NCBI GenBank assembly: GCA_964016885.1
Contig: OZ024740.1
Span: 55,738,001-55,802,000 of the forward strand
Direction of reading: 5' to 3'
DNA: 64,000 bases
Origin: Eledone cirrhosa
Lineage: Eukaryota
The position numbers and the translations under genes were made by a program. The notes beneath the pieces are model-generated. The model was not told where the DNA came from, did not search any database, and worked only from the letters and a program-made list of their open reading frames with translations. How positions within the stretch are numbered: position 1 is the first letter of the stretch; each line of letters begins with the position of its first letter. Below are positions 29,326 through 54,068 of this stretch, piece by piece.

Positions 29326-30024
29326 CTAGGGGGCTGGAGTGGTAAGTCCATATATTGCTCAATATTTTTATAGAGGTGTAGCAATAAATAGACATACACG
29401 TTTATAAATAGACAGATAGTTTGGTAACATACTCACACACATACACATATATAAGCACAACACACATACATATCTAAAGCGAAATAATAAGTGTGAGAAA
29501 AAAAATCGTAGAGAAAGAGAAAGACAGGTAACTGACTAAAAGAATGTAGCAGTAGTATAGGTATAGCCACATGTCCTTTTTTTATATTCGGCAAATTTCT
29601 CTCATTGAACGGCCGAATGTGATGTGTAACCGTTGCTGTTTTCTCTCTTCCTTCCGGCAATTTTGTGGATTAGAAATCAAGTGTGACCTAAATTACATTA
29701 TTCTCAGTTTATGTGTACACGAGTAATTGTATGTGTGATTGTGTTTGCTTCTTCTACCTCTGTATATGTGTTAGTGTACTGTAAATGTTCTATGTGTTGT
29801 ATCTGTATTTGTGAGTACGTGTTTTATTTGTGTTTTGTTTATAGTATATGTATGTGCCTGTGTGAGTCTGTTTGTGTGTTTAGGCTTCTAGATGTTTGTT
29901 TTATAGTGTGTATGTATATATTAAGTATATATATATGTATACATGTATGTAAGTACGTATGCATATATGCTTGTGTGCTTGTGCATGTATGCTTGTATAT
30001 TAGTATGTGTGCTTGTATGTTTAT

Positions 30025-30161
30025 ATATATATATATATACATACATATATATATGTATATATATATATATACATATATATATGTATATATATATATATGC
30101 ATATATATATGTATATATATATATACATATACATATGTATATATATATATACATATGCATA

Positions 30162-30195
<34 letters not shown>

Positions 30196-30207
30196 CATAT
30201 ATATATG

Positions 30208-30238
<31 letters not shown>

Positions 30239-30276
30239 ATATATATATACATATATATACATATATATACATAGAC

Positions 30277-30307
<31 letters not shown>

Positions 30308-30364
30308 CATATATATATGTACATATATATATGTATATATATATATATACATATATATATGTAC

Positions 30365-30425
<61 letters not shown>

Positions 30426-30432
30426 CATATAC

Positions 30433-30479
<47 letters not shown>

Positions 30480-30669
30480 CATATATATATGTATATACAT
30501 ATATATACATATATATATACATATATATATATATACATATATATGTACATATATATATGTATATATATATATATACATATATATATATACATATATATAT
30601 GTATATACATATATATACATATATATATACATATATATATATACATATATATATGTACATATATATATG

Positions 30670-30701
<32 letters not shown>

Positions 30702-30816
30702 CATATATATATGTATATATATATATATACATATATATATATACATATATATATGTATATACATATATATACATATATATATACATATATATATATACAA
30801 ATATATATACATATAT
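30025..30816. repeat. Compound (TA)n microsatellite with TACA/TGTA interruptions
   Basis: Direct reading; the same higher-order motif (atatatgtacatatatatatgtat) resumes after 35381. Confidence 0.97.
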
Positions 30817-33800
30817 ATTGGAATAAATGCTCTGAAATAGCGATATATATGTGAATATAGACATAGAATATTCGAAAATATTCTGTATGTTTATAATAAA
30901 CATTTTGAAGACCTAATCGCTATAGAATAGAATACGTCACGTATTACAATTAGATTCTCGATAAAAGCAAGGGAAGTAATCTACGCGTTTCATTCTCGTT
31001 AGAAATCATCAGGACTACATATCCAGTGCTTTTATCGAGAATGACACAGCTAGAGACTTATAGAATACTTAGCTGTGTACAGGAACTGGTTTGAAAGAGC
31101 GGTTGCCGGTCCGGCAGAAATTAGAAATTGGAATAAATGCTCTGAAATAGCGATATATATGTGAATATAGACATAGAATATTCGAAAATATTCTGTATGT
31201 TTATAATAAACATTTTGAAGACCTAATCGCTATAGAATAGAATACGTCACGTATTACAATTAGATTCTCGATAAAAGCAAGGGAAGTAATCTACGCGTTT
31301 CATTCTCGTTAGAAATCATCAGGACTACATATCCAGTGCTTTTATCGAGAATGACACAGCTAGAGACTTATAGAATACTTAGCTGTGTACAGGAACTGGT
31401 TTGAAAGAGCGGTTGCCGGTCCGGCAGAAATTAGAAATTGGAATAAATGCTCTGAAATAGCGATATATATGTGAATATAGACATAGAATATTCGAAAATA
31501 TGATTTCTAACGAGAATGAAACGCGTAGATTACTTCCCTTGCTTTTATCGAGAATCTAATTGTAATACGTGACGTATTCTATTCTATAGCGATTAGGTCT
31601 TCAAAATGTTTATTATAAACATACAGAATATTTTCGAATATTCTATGTCTATATTCACATATATATCGCTATTTCAGAGCATTTATTCCAATTTCTAATT
31701 TCTGCCGGACCGGCAACCGCTCTTTCAAACCAGTTCCTGTACACAGCTAAGTATTCTATAAGTCTCTAGCTGTGTCATTCTCGATAAAAGCACTGGATAT
31801 GTAGTCCTGATGATTTCTAACGAGAATGAAACGCGTAGATTACTTCCCTTGCTTTTATCGAGAATCTAATTGTAATACGTGACGTATTCTATTCTATAGC
31901 GATTAGGTCTTCAAAATGTTTATTATAAACATACAGAATATTTTCGAATATTCTATGTCTATATTCACATATATATCGCTATTTCAGAGCATTTATTCCA
32001 ATTTCTAATTTCTGCCGGACCGGCAACCGCTCTTTCAAACCAGTTCCTGTACACAGCTAAGTATTCTATAAGTCTCTAGCTGTGTCATTCTCGATAAAAG
32101 CACTGGATATGTAGTCCTGATGATTTCTAACGAGAATGAAACGCGTAGATTACTTCCCTTGCTTTTATCGAGAATCTAATTGTAATACGTGACGTATTCT
32201 ATTCTATAGCGATTAGGTCTTCAAAATGTTTATTATAAACATACAGAATATTTTCGAATATTCTATGTCTATATTCACATATATATCGCTATTTCAGAGC
32301 ATTTATTCCAATTTCTAATTTCTGCCGGACCGGCAACCGCTCTTTCAAACCAGTTCCTGTACACAGCTAAGTATTCTATAAGTCTCTAGCTGTGTCATTC
32401 TCGATAAAAGCACTGGATATGTAGTCCTGATGATTTCTAACGAGAATGAAACGCGTAGATTACTTCCCTTGCTTTTATCGAGAATCTAATTGTAATACGT
32501 GACGTATTCTATTCTATAGCGATTAGGTCTTCAAAATGTTTATTATAAACATACAGAATATTTTCGAATATTCTATGTCTATATTCACATATATATCGCT
32601 ATTTCAGAGCATTTATTCCAATTTCTAATTTCTGCCGGACCGGCAACCGCTCTTTCAAACCAGTTCCTGTACACAGCTAAGTATTCTATAAGTCTCTAGC
32701 TGTGTCATTCTCGATAAAAGCACTGGATATGTAGTCCTGATGATTTCTAACGAGAATGAAACGCGTAGATTACTTCCCTTGCTTTTATCGAGAATCTAAT
32801 TGTAATACGTGACGTATTCTATTCTATAGCGATTAGGTCTTCAAAATGTTTATTATAAACATACAGAATATTTTCGAATATTCTATGTCTATATTCACAT
32901 ATATATCGCTATTTCAGAGCATTTATTCCAATTTCTAATTTCTGCCGGACCGGCAACCGCTCTTTCAAACCAGTTCCTGTACACAGCTAAGTATTCTATA
33001 AGTCTCTAGCTGTGTCATTCTCGATAAAAGCACTGGATATGTAGTCCTGATGATTTCTAACGAGAATGAAACGCGTAGATTACTTACCTTGCTTTTATCG
33101 AGAATCTAATTGTAATACGTGACGTATTCTATTCTATAGCGATTAGGTCTTCAAAATGTTTATTATAAACATACAGAATATTTTCGAATATTCTATGTCT
33201 ATATTCACATATATATCGCTATTTCAGAGCATTTATTCCAATTTCTAATTTCTGCCGGACCGGCAACCGCTCTTTCAAACCAGTTCCTGTACACAGCTAA
33301 GTATTCTATAAGTCTCTAGCTGTGTCATTCTCGATAAAAGCACTGGATATGTAGTCCTGATGATTTCTAACGAGAATGAAACGCGTAGATTACTTCCCTT
33401 GCTTTTATCGAGAATCTAATTGTAATACGTGACGTATTCTATTCTATAGCGATTAGGTCTTCAAAATGTTTATTATAAACATACAGAATATTTTCGAATA
33501 TTCTATGTCTATATTCACATATATATCGCTATTTCAGAGCATTTATTCCAATTTCTAATTTCTGCCGGACCGGCAACCGCTCTTTCAAACCAGTTCCTGT
33601 ACACAGCTAAGTATTCTATAAGTCTCTAGCTGTGTCATTCTCGATAAAAGCACTGGATATGTAGTCCTGATGATTTCTAACGAGAATGAAACGCGTAGAT
33701 TACTTCCCTTGCTTTTATCGAGAATCTAATTGTAATACGTGACGTATTCTATTCTATAGCGATTAGGTCTTCAAAATGTTTATTATAAACATACAGAATA

Positions 33801-35381
33801 TTTTCGAATATTCTATGTCTATATTCACATATATATCGCTATTTCAGAGCATTTATTCCAATTTCTAATTTCTGCCGGACCGGCAACCGCTCTTTCAAAC
33901 CAGTTCCTGTACACAGCTAAGTATTCTATAAGTCTCTAGCTGTGTCATTCTCGATAAAAGCACTGGATATGTAGTCCTGATGATTTCTAACGAGAATGAA
34001 ACGCGTAGATTACTTCCCTTGCTTTTATCGAGAATCTAATTGTAATACGTGACGTATTCTATTCTATAGCGATTAGGTCTTCAAAATGTTTATTATAAAC
34101 ATACAGAATATTTTCGAATATTCTATGTCTATATTCACATATATATCGCTATTTCAGAGCATTTATTCCAATTTCTAATTTCTGCCGGACCGGCAACCGC
34201 TCTTTCAAACCAGTTCCTGTACACAGCTAAGTATTCTATAAGTCTCTAGCTGTGTCATTCTCGATAAAAGCACTGGATATGTAGTCCTGATGATTTCTAA
34301 CGAGAATGAAACGCGTAGATTACTTCCCTTGCTTTTATCGAGAATCTAATTGTAATACGTGACGTATTCTATTCTATAGCGATTAGGTCTTCAAAATGTT
34401 TATTATAAACATACAGAATATTTTCGAATATTCTATGTCTATATTCACATATATATCGCTATTTCAGAGCATTTATTCCAATTTCTAATTTCTGCCGGAC
34501 CGGCAACCGCTCTTTCAAACCAGTTCCTGTACACAGCTAAGTATTCTATAAGTCTCTAGCTGTGTCATTCTCGATAAAAGCACTGGATATGTAGTCCTGA
34601 TGATTTCTAACGAGAATGAAACGCGTAGATTACTTCCCTTGCTTTTATCGAGAATCTAATTGTAATACGTGACGTATTCTATTCTATAGCGATTAGGTCT
34701 TCAAAATGTTTATTATAAACATACAGAATATTTTCGAATATTCTATGTCTATATTCACATATATATCGCTATTTCAGAGCATTTATTCCAATTTCTAATT
34801 TCTGCCGGACCGGCAACCGCTCTTTCAAACCAGTTCCTGTACACAGCTAAGTATTCTATAAGTCTCTAGCTGTGTCATTCTCGATAAAAGCACTGGATAT
34901 GTAGTCCTGATGATTTCTAACGAGAATGAAACGCGTAGATTACTTCCCTTGCTTTTATCGAGAATCTAATTGTAATACGTGACGTATTCTATTCTATAGC
35001 GATTAGGTCTTCAAAATGTTTATTATAAACATACAGAATATTTTCGAATATTCTATGTCTATATTCACATATATATCGCTATTTCAGAGCATTTATTCCA
35101 ATTTCTAATTTCTGCCGGACCGGCAACCGCTCTTTCAAACCAGTTCCTGTACACAGCTAAGTATTCTATAAGTCTCTAGCTGTGTCATTCTCGATAAAAG
35201 CACTGGATATGTAGTCCTGATGATTTCTAACGAGAATGAAACGCGTAGATTACTTCCCTTGCTTTTATCGAGAATCTAATTGTAATACGTGACGTATTCT
35301 ATTCTATAGCGATTAGGTCTTCAAAATGTTTATTATAAACATACAGAATATTTTCGAATATTCTATGTCTATATTCACATA
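30817..35381. repeat. 310-bp tandem array 1 (retrozyme-like): ~2.2 minus-sense units, inversion at 31500/31501, ~12.5 plus-sense units
   Basis: Period 310 (tgatttctaa at 31501, 31811, ...); units essentially identical (one substitution seen, at 33086); 14 complete HHR cores. Confidence 0.97.
31777..31865 (+). ncRNA. Type I hammerhead ribozyme (representative copy; repeats every 310 bp)
   Basis: gtagtc-CTGATGA-t-ttct(aacg)agaa-t-GAAA-cgcg-TA-gattac (31801-31843); predicted cleavage after GUA at 31837; stem I extended through an internal loop by 16-bp attctcgataaaagca/tgcttttatcgagaat. Confidence 0.9.
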
Positions 35382-39112
<3,731 letters not shown>

Positions 39113-41886
39113 ATAACACACACACACACGGAGACAACAACACACATCAACAACAACACACATCAACAACAACAACACACACACATTCAATGCCTCTCAC
39201 CACCACTACAATCTTAACAAACACACAGACACAGAAAACAAGTAATGACAGTAGCACAGAAATCAGAGAAATAAGAGAAAGTAATAGGATTAAAAGGAGT
39301 AGGGAGACTAAGGACAAAGAGAATAACCAAGACGAACACACAGACACACAAAATAGGGTAGATAACAACATTGAGCCAGTGGAAAGAGATAGGAGTAATT
39401 ATGAGAGACATAGAAACAACCATGAAGCTGAGGCTGCTGCTGTTGGTGGAAATAGAAACAACACAACTAACAATAGCGCAAGTACACATAAAGCAGCAGC
39501 CTGGAACTCTCCGTTTTATAACCCCTCCGATAAATCATTCGACCTACGACGAGTCCACGCCACGACTTTGCCATTTAACAAACGCACGCAGTTGCCGTCG
39601 CAGGTCGATGAACAAACAGAAGCACAATTTAGTATAGCTAAATCCGAACTTAGAAATATTATAGAACAGTATAGCAAGAAGCATAATAGAATAGAGGCCC
39701 AGCAACTGGGAGAAGAATCTGCAAATGGCTTGCGTAAGCTCATGCAGCGCTCGCGTAATGGAGAGATAGCATGCTTTCCAACAGACAAGTCCGGCAGAAT
39801 GTCGGTTGACAGCCTGCCAAACTACATCCAGGCAATGCAACCCCACATCACTAACACAAGAGAGGTAACACCACAGGAGCATGAGGACAGAGAAAAAACC
39901 CTCAATGCCCATATGGTGATGTGGACAAATATAATGCAGCCCAACAAAAGGACTGCCAACAACTTCCAGGCCTGGAACAATGACGTGCCGGCGTTGTATG
40001 GGCTTCGAAAAGACCATAAAACGGGCTGGGACCCTGTCGCGGGACCACCAACACGGCCAGTCTGTGGGGCTAACATTGCTAGTAACTACAGACTGTCCTA
40101 CTTCCTCTCCCTGATCATACGCCCCATCATTGAGATGTCCCCAGATGTGTGTGACAGCACGGAGGACCTCCTCAGCAGAATCGACGCGGGTAACCGATCT
40201 GGGGACCTAACAAACTGCATAATAGGCAGTATGGATGTTGTGTCCCTGTATCCATCTATTGACGTGGATTTTGCTGTGGAGAAATGCGTCGAAATGATCA
40301 GCGAGAGCAAGGTTGAGTTCCGTGGGATTGATACCAGTGAGCTGGGACTTCTACTTAAGCTTACCCATAGTAATAGTTACCTAGACACTTATGACCTTAG
40401 CAACCTGTGCCCTACAAGACCAGCAAGAGGCAGACCACCTACCATTACCTCAATGGCCAAGAAAACCCACACAGATAGATGGAACGGGTGGACCAGAGCC
40501 ATACGGACACCCGAAAACCACGATGAACTGAAGAAAATGATTGCACATGCGGTAGGGGCCAGCATAAAATTAACCCTTAAGGAACATATGTTCAAATTTA
40601 ATGGTAAAACATATGCCCAAGAGGAAGGAGCAGCCATTGGTGTTAGCATTGCAGGCGACATAGCTAACTTGTTCATGGTATGGTGGGACAGTAGACTTAA
40701 ACAAAAACTTAAAGAACAATTAGAAGACAGATTAACCCTGATAATGTACTCCCGCTACGTAGATGATATAAACATCGTAGTTAAGACACCCCCACTAAAG
40801 AACAGTCAGGAACCTGAGAAAAACACAATGGAAAGCATCCAGCAAATAGCAAACTCCATCCACCAGAGCATTAGAGTTACTATAGACTACCCAAGTAGAC
40901 ACCCCAACCATCGATTACCTGTACTAGACACAGAGCTCTGGTTAGATACTATTAACAACCAAAAACAAATCCTCCATTCCCATTATGCCAAACCCATGAC
41001 TTCCAAACATCTGATCCACCGAAACTCGGCCATTTCGGACCATACCAAAATCAACATACTGATTGCGGATTTGATACGGGTGATGAGAAATGTGTCCCGC
41101 ATGTGCAACCCCGAAGAACTAGAGAGACACATACAACACTTCATCCACCGTATGCAGTTCTCTGGCTACAATCAGAGAGATAGAATCAGAGTGTATAAAG
41201 GAGCCAGAACCAAATGGGAAAAAATGGTAAATAATGACATAAATGGGACCTGCCCCTTGTATAGGAGCAAATTTTGGAATAGAATAGAAAGAACTAAGAA
41301 CAAGGCCAATAGAATAAACTCATGGTATGATAGCAATAAATACCAGAGTATAATGTTCATCAACACAACCCCTAGAGGTGAACTAGCCTACAAATTTAGA
41401 AGGGCCCTAAAGAAACATAATCTCAATATTAAGATAGTAGAAAGACCTGGTACCTCCGTAAAAACACTTATTAGCAAGACATACCCGTTCCAAAGACCCT
41501 CATGTATAGATAAGAAATGTATAACCTGTAAAATAAGCCCCCATATTAACTGTAAAACTAGAAATGTAGTATATAGCATAAGATGTACTGAGGGACAATG
41601 TAGAGACAAAAATATAGTGTACATAGGTGAGACAGCTCGTAGTATAGGGGAACGAATAAATGAACACTGGCGAGACCTCCAAGATAGTAAAGAATCATCT
41701 GTGCTCTACCAACATGCTAAGATAGAACACAGGGGTAAATTAGAGAGCATAGAAATAAAAATAGAATCCACACACAAGAAAGACGCAATGTTTAGGCAAA
41801 TTACAGAGGCAGTAAGCATAAAAGAATTAAAACCAAAATTAAATAGAAAATATGAGTGGAACAGCAACATCACAACTTACAATTAA
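39113..41886 (+). CDS. PLE RT + GIY-YIG endonuclease (5'-truncated copy, uninterrupted frame)
   Basis: [49 protein letters not shown], Cys-rich linker, NVVY...YIGET.R...R..EH, RQITEA, LNRKYEW. Confidence 0.93.
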
Positions 41887-42174
41887 GGACAAAATGAAAA
41901 CACACACACACATATATAAACAACTTACAATTGAAAACACACACAAAATGAAAACACACACATGAAAACACACACACACATAGAACAAACAACCAACCAA
42001 CAATAAATAAATAAATAAACAAACAAATATAAATAGAAAAATAGAAAAATGAACACAAACACACACAGACACCCGGATGTGGCGCATGCGCAAACTGAGC
42101 ACGCAACCCACACACAAACAAAATGGCGTAGGATAGAAGAAAGGAAAGGCACAGAAACGAAGAAAGAAATCCCC

Positions 42175-42219
42175 AGTCACTGAAGAGGTCACAGAGTGTG
42201 TGACGAAAGAACTATGACT
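42175..42219 (+). ncRNA. Minimal type I hammerhead ribozyme in PLE pseudo-LTR
   Basis: agtca-CTGAAGA-g-gtcaca/tgtgac-GAAA-gaac-TA-tgact. Confidence 0.82.
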
Positions 42220-42352
42220 ATATATATATAAACAACTATCTGGTTGTGGAACCAACCAACCAACCAGAAATTTATAAATTTGTAAATTTATAAATATATA
42301 TTAAATTAAATTGAAGTGAAAGCAACTGGTGCGTGTGTTTCTTATTGGCAAC

Positions 42353-45286
42353 ATGGCCCTCCCAAAGTATAACAATATCGGTTTCAACACACGATTTCAG
42401 ATAAAGAATCTTGCTAAACAAATTCAGAAACGAAATATCGTAAGCCTTAGCCAGGCTAACAAGATACTGAAAACCACCATGTTCTGTTGTCTACGAAAAA
42501 CCATAACATCTCGACAACTACACTTCATAAAACTGTGCACCACTTCTAGAATCTACACCAACACCATCAATACCGACGTTAGAAGATTACAACTCACCAA
42601 AAAACAAGCAGATGGGCTAAAACGAACTTTAATTCTAAACATAAAAAAGAAGATCTATAGAGAATTAAGTCATCAAGAAAAACTAAAGCGTAACCTAATA
42701 GATGAAATATCTAAAATCACCACACCAGCAGAAAAACTAACATTTATAAGCCTTATACGCCCCGAAGAACAGTACATTACTCAAGAATGTAATAAGCACT
42801 TTAACAGAAAATTAAAGTGGCTTAAACAGGCAAAGCTAAATCGGGATACTATAGAGTATACCAATAGATATCCCGACAAAATTGACGGTATCAACATGGC
42901 CGACACCTCATTATCTGAAGAGTTCAACAATGAAAATACCAACATTTATGGAAACACGAAAATAGATAGTAATGAAATGTCTGTGTTAAGTCTGCCACCC
43001 AAATTTGCGACATTTAAGAAGGTAAATATGATTAGTTGTCTGTCAGAAATAGAAAAATCATTTACGAAACTACGCTGGAGCATCAAAAACAAAAACAAAA
43101 GCAACAATATACGCACACACATATACAACACACATCCCAACAACAACAGACACACAGACACAAACAACAATAACAACAACAATAGCAACATACCCAGATA
43201 CAATAACAACAATAGCAACATACCCAGATACAACAGACACGCAGACACAAACAACAATAACAACACACACGGAGACAACAATAACAACAACACACACATC
43301 AACAACAACAACAGCAACATACCCAGATACAACAACAACAGACACGCAAACACAAACAACAATAACAACACACACAACAACGATAACACACACACACACG
43401 GAGACAACAGACACGCAGACACAAACAACAATAACAACACACACGGAGACAACAATAACAACAACACACACATCAACAACAACAACAACATACCCAGATA
43501 CAACAACAACAGACACGCAAACACAAACAACAATAACAACACACACAACAACGATAACACACACACACACGGAGACAACAACACACATCAACAACAACAC
43601 ACATCAACAACAACAACACACACACATTCAATGCCTCTCACCACCACTACAATCTTAACAAACACACAGACACAGAAAACAAGTAATGACAGTAGCACAG
43701 AAATCAGAGAAATAAGAGAAAGTAATAGGATTAAAAGGAGTAGGGAGACTAAGGACAAAGAGAATAACCAAGACGAACACACAGACACACAAAATAGGGT
43801 AGATAACAACATTGAGCCAGTGGAAAGAGATAGGAGTAATTATGAGAGACATAGAAACAACCATGAAGCTGAGGCTGCTGCTGTTGGTGGAAATAGAAAC
43901 AACACAACTAACAATAGCGCAAGTACACATAAAGCAGCAGCCTGGAACTCTCCGTTTTATAACCCCTCCGATAAATCATTCGACCTACGACGAGTCCACG
44001 CCACGACTTTGCCATTTAACAAACGCACGCAGTTGCCGTCGCAGGTCGATGAACAAACAGAAGCACAATTTAGTATAGCTAAATCCGAACTTAGAAATAT
44101 TATAGAACAGTATAGCAAGAAGCATAATAGAATAGAGGCCCAGCAACTGGGAGAAGAATCTGCAAATGGCTTGCCTAAGCTCATGCAGCGCTCGCGTAAT
44201 GGAGAGATAGCATGCTTTCCAACAGACAAGTCCGGCAGAATGTCGGTTGACAGCCTGCCAAACTACATCCAGGCAATGCAACCCCACATCACTAACACAA
44301 GAGAGGTAACACCACAGGAGCATGAGGACAGAGAAAAAACCCTCAATGCCCATATGGTGATGTGGACAAATATAATGCAGCCCAACAAAAGGACTGCCAA
44401 CAACTTCCAGGCCTGGAACAATGACGTGCCGGCGTTGTATGGGCTTCGAAAAGACCATAAAACGGGCTGGGACCCTGTCGCGGGACCACCAACACGGCCA
44501 GTCTGTGGGGCTAACATTGCTAGTAACTACAGACTGTCCTACTTCCTCTCCCTGATCATACGCCCCATCATTGAGATGTCCCCAGATGTGTGTGACAGCA
44601 CGGAGGACCTCCTCAGCAGAATCGACGCGGGTAACCGATCTGGGGACCTAACAAACTGCATAATAGGCAGTATGGATGTTGTGTCCCTGTATCCATCTAT
44701 TGACGTGGATTTTGCTGTGGAGAAATGCGTCGAAATGATCAGCGAGAGCAAGGTTGAGTTCCGTGGGATTGATACCAGTGAGCTGGGACTTCTACTTAAG
44801 CTTACCCATAGTAATAGTTACCTAGACACTTATGACCTTAGCAACCTGTGCCCTACAAGACCAGCAAGAGGCAGACCACCTACCATTACCTCAATGGCCA
44901 AGAAAACCCACACAGATAGATGGAACGGGTGGACCAGAGCCATACGGACACCCGAAAACCACGATGAACTGAAGAAAATGATTGCACATGCGGTAGGGGC
45001 CAGCATAAAATTAACCCTTAAGGAACATATGTTCAAATTTAATGGTAAAACATATGCCCAAGAGGAAGGAGCAGCCATTGGTGTTAGCATTGCAGGCGAC
45101 ATAGCTAACTTGTTCATGGTATGGTGGGACAGTAGACTTAAACAAAAACTTAAAGAACAATTAGAAGACAGATTAACCCTGATAATGTACTCCCGCTACG
45201 TAGATGATATAAACATCGTAGTTAAGACACCCCCACTAAAGAACAGTCAGGAACCTGAGAAAAACACAATGGAAAGCATCCAGCAA
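42353..45286 (+). CDS. PLE polyprotein, N-terminus through RT (truncated by the assembly gap)
   Basis: ATG at 42353 (MALPKYNN), LSLPPKFA motif, Asn/His/Thr-rich repeat, then RT matching the upstream copy apart from one R/P difference seen. Confidence 0.92.
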
Positions 45287-45486
45287 NNNNNNNNNNNNNN
45301 NNNNNNNNNNNNNNNNNNNNNNNNNNNNNNNNNNNNNNNNNNNNNNNNNNNNNNNNNNNNNNNNNNNNNNNNNNNNNNNNNNNNNNNNNNNNNNNNNNNN
45401 NNNNNNNNNNNNNNNNNNNNNNNNNNNNNNNNNNNNNNNNNNNNNNNNNNNNNNNNNNNNNNNNNNNNNNNNNNNNNNNNNNNNNN
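45287..45486. other. Assembly gap (200 N)
   Basis: Direct reading. Confidence 1.
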
Positions 45487-46249
45487 AGTACACAGAACAC
45501 ACACATATATACAACGTTTTTTTATACGAAATAATAATAATATATATATAGATATATATTTATGAAAGGAAACAAAATACAAGGTAAAATGTTATGGTTG
45601 GCTGGGAATTACACAGCAATACATTCTAAATATCTACAAGAATTATTGGATTGTTCATTTACTTTTGAATTGCCTGAAAAGTAAAACATATAATTAATAA
45701 TGAAAATTTAAACAAAAATATTTACCATATTTCCTTCGCATTAATGCTCCTTGGAAACCCATTGACAGATTTCAGGATAAATATGATTATATATTAAATT
45801 TCCCTTCCAGGTTTCCGATTGAAAGAGGTTTCAAAGTATCTCTTAAAAATCTCTGCTTGAGTTTATATTTGAATTGTGTTTATTTGATGGAGATTGGATT
45901 CAAGGGAGCTCGTCTCAATAGAAATACATTTACGTCTTAATATAGGTGGTTTTTGGTAAATCTTTCTTCTCGTATTCGCAGTTGTGATTACACTTAATTC
46001 ACCCAATTCAGACATATAGAGAGATAATGCATTATTTAATATAACTAAATCACAGTATTCTTAATTGTTTTACAATTACTTACATCTTTATTTCTCATTA
46101 CTTATTTGCTTTTTATGCGCAATCTCACTGCAACGTTACAAATAAAACTCATTGAAAACATGTATTTCTCTCATGTACTATTTTTAACGGTGTATTTAAA
46201 CAAATCCATCATGTCTGTTTACAATTCTAAGTTAAACTATTAGTTTAAA

Positions 46250-46360
46250 AGGGACAGGACCCCGACGGCTGTCTCAGGCCGTTTCGACAGCTAGATCCGA
46301 ACTAAGTTCAGATCTAGCTGTCGAAACGGCCGGATCTCAGCTGTTGGGGGCCTGCCTCTT
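46250..46360. repeat. GC-rich hairpin / short fold-back next to (TA)n
   Basis: ggccgtttcgacagctagatc ... gatctagctgtcgaaacggcc perfect 21-bp arms, with imperfect outer extension. Confidence 0.75.
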
Positions 46361-46362
46361 TT

Positions 46363-46407
<45 letters not shown>

Positions 46408-46934
46408 TTTCCTGAAAAATAAACATATTAAGAACTGATGCACGTACACCTAACGTATTTCCATGAATAAATTTCAAAAAGAATAATTGTCATTCTTAAC
46501 TATCGATTTTATTTCTAACGCCCTCATAATTATTAGTTATTATTTTAAGTTTGTTCGCTTTTTTTTCGGAGTGATTATCTCCCCTTGACCATCCGGATTA
46601 TTTTCCATTGATCTGACGCCCCTCCTGTTCTTTTTTTCGCTTCTTTGAGTAAACACTTTCCGATTCATTTTCATCGACACAGGTTGAACAAGTTGGTCCT
46701 CAGGACCAACGAATCGTATGTACTAGTACGTGGCCTTAATAATTATATATTATTACTACTATTATTATTATAAATGTAACTCAATCAAATCACCATCATT
46801 AATCCTTGAACTAAAAATATCAAAAATCATTTGTTTTTAAAGTACGAAGCAGTAGTAAGATCAATCTGTTCGAGCTCGATATAACAAAAGTGACTCCACA
46901 TTCACTGCCGAGATATATGTGGTTATATATATAT

Positions 46935-47156
<222 letters not shown>

Positions 47157-47177
47157 TATATATATATATATATATAT

Positions 47178-47258
47178 AGTAATAATAATAAATTTGAAGA
47201 CTAAAATCCAAAGAGGGCTCGATAAGGATAAATATATATCAATTATATAAATCTGTTA

Positions 47259-47264
<6 letters not shown>
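47178..47264. mobile_element. Minimal Naiad fold-back remnant
   Basis: Reverse complement of the Naiad 5'UTR (23510-23575) joined to the plus-strand 3' end aatctgttattttaata. Confidence 0.75.

Positions 47265-54068
<6,804 letters not shown>

Larger units (their letters stand above)
39113..45286 (+). mobile_element. Penelope-like element in partial tandem (5'-truncated copy + pseudo-LTR + next copy running into the gap)
   Basis: 39113-40845 is near-identical to 43554-45286; the 3'UTR with HHR (41887-42350) is followed directly by the start of the second copy. Confidence 0.95.

Noticed and set aside
30817-35381. CRISPR-like array
   Set aside because: Units are identical along their whole length, with no variable spacers and no cas genes; eukaryotic context.
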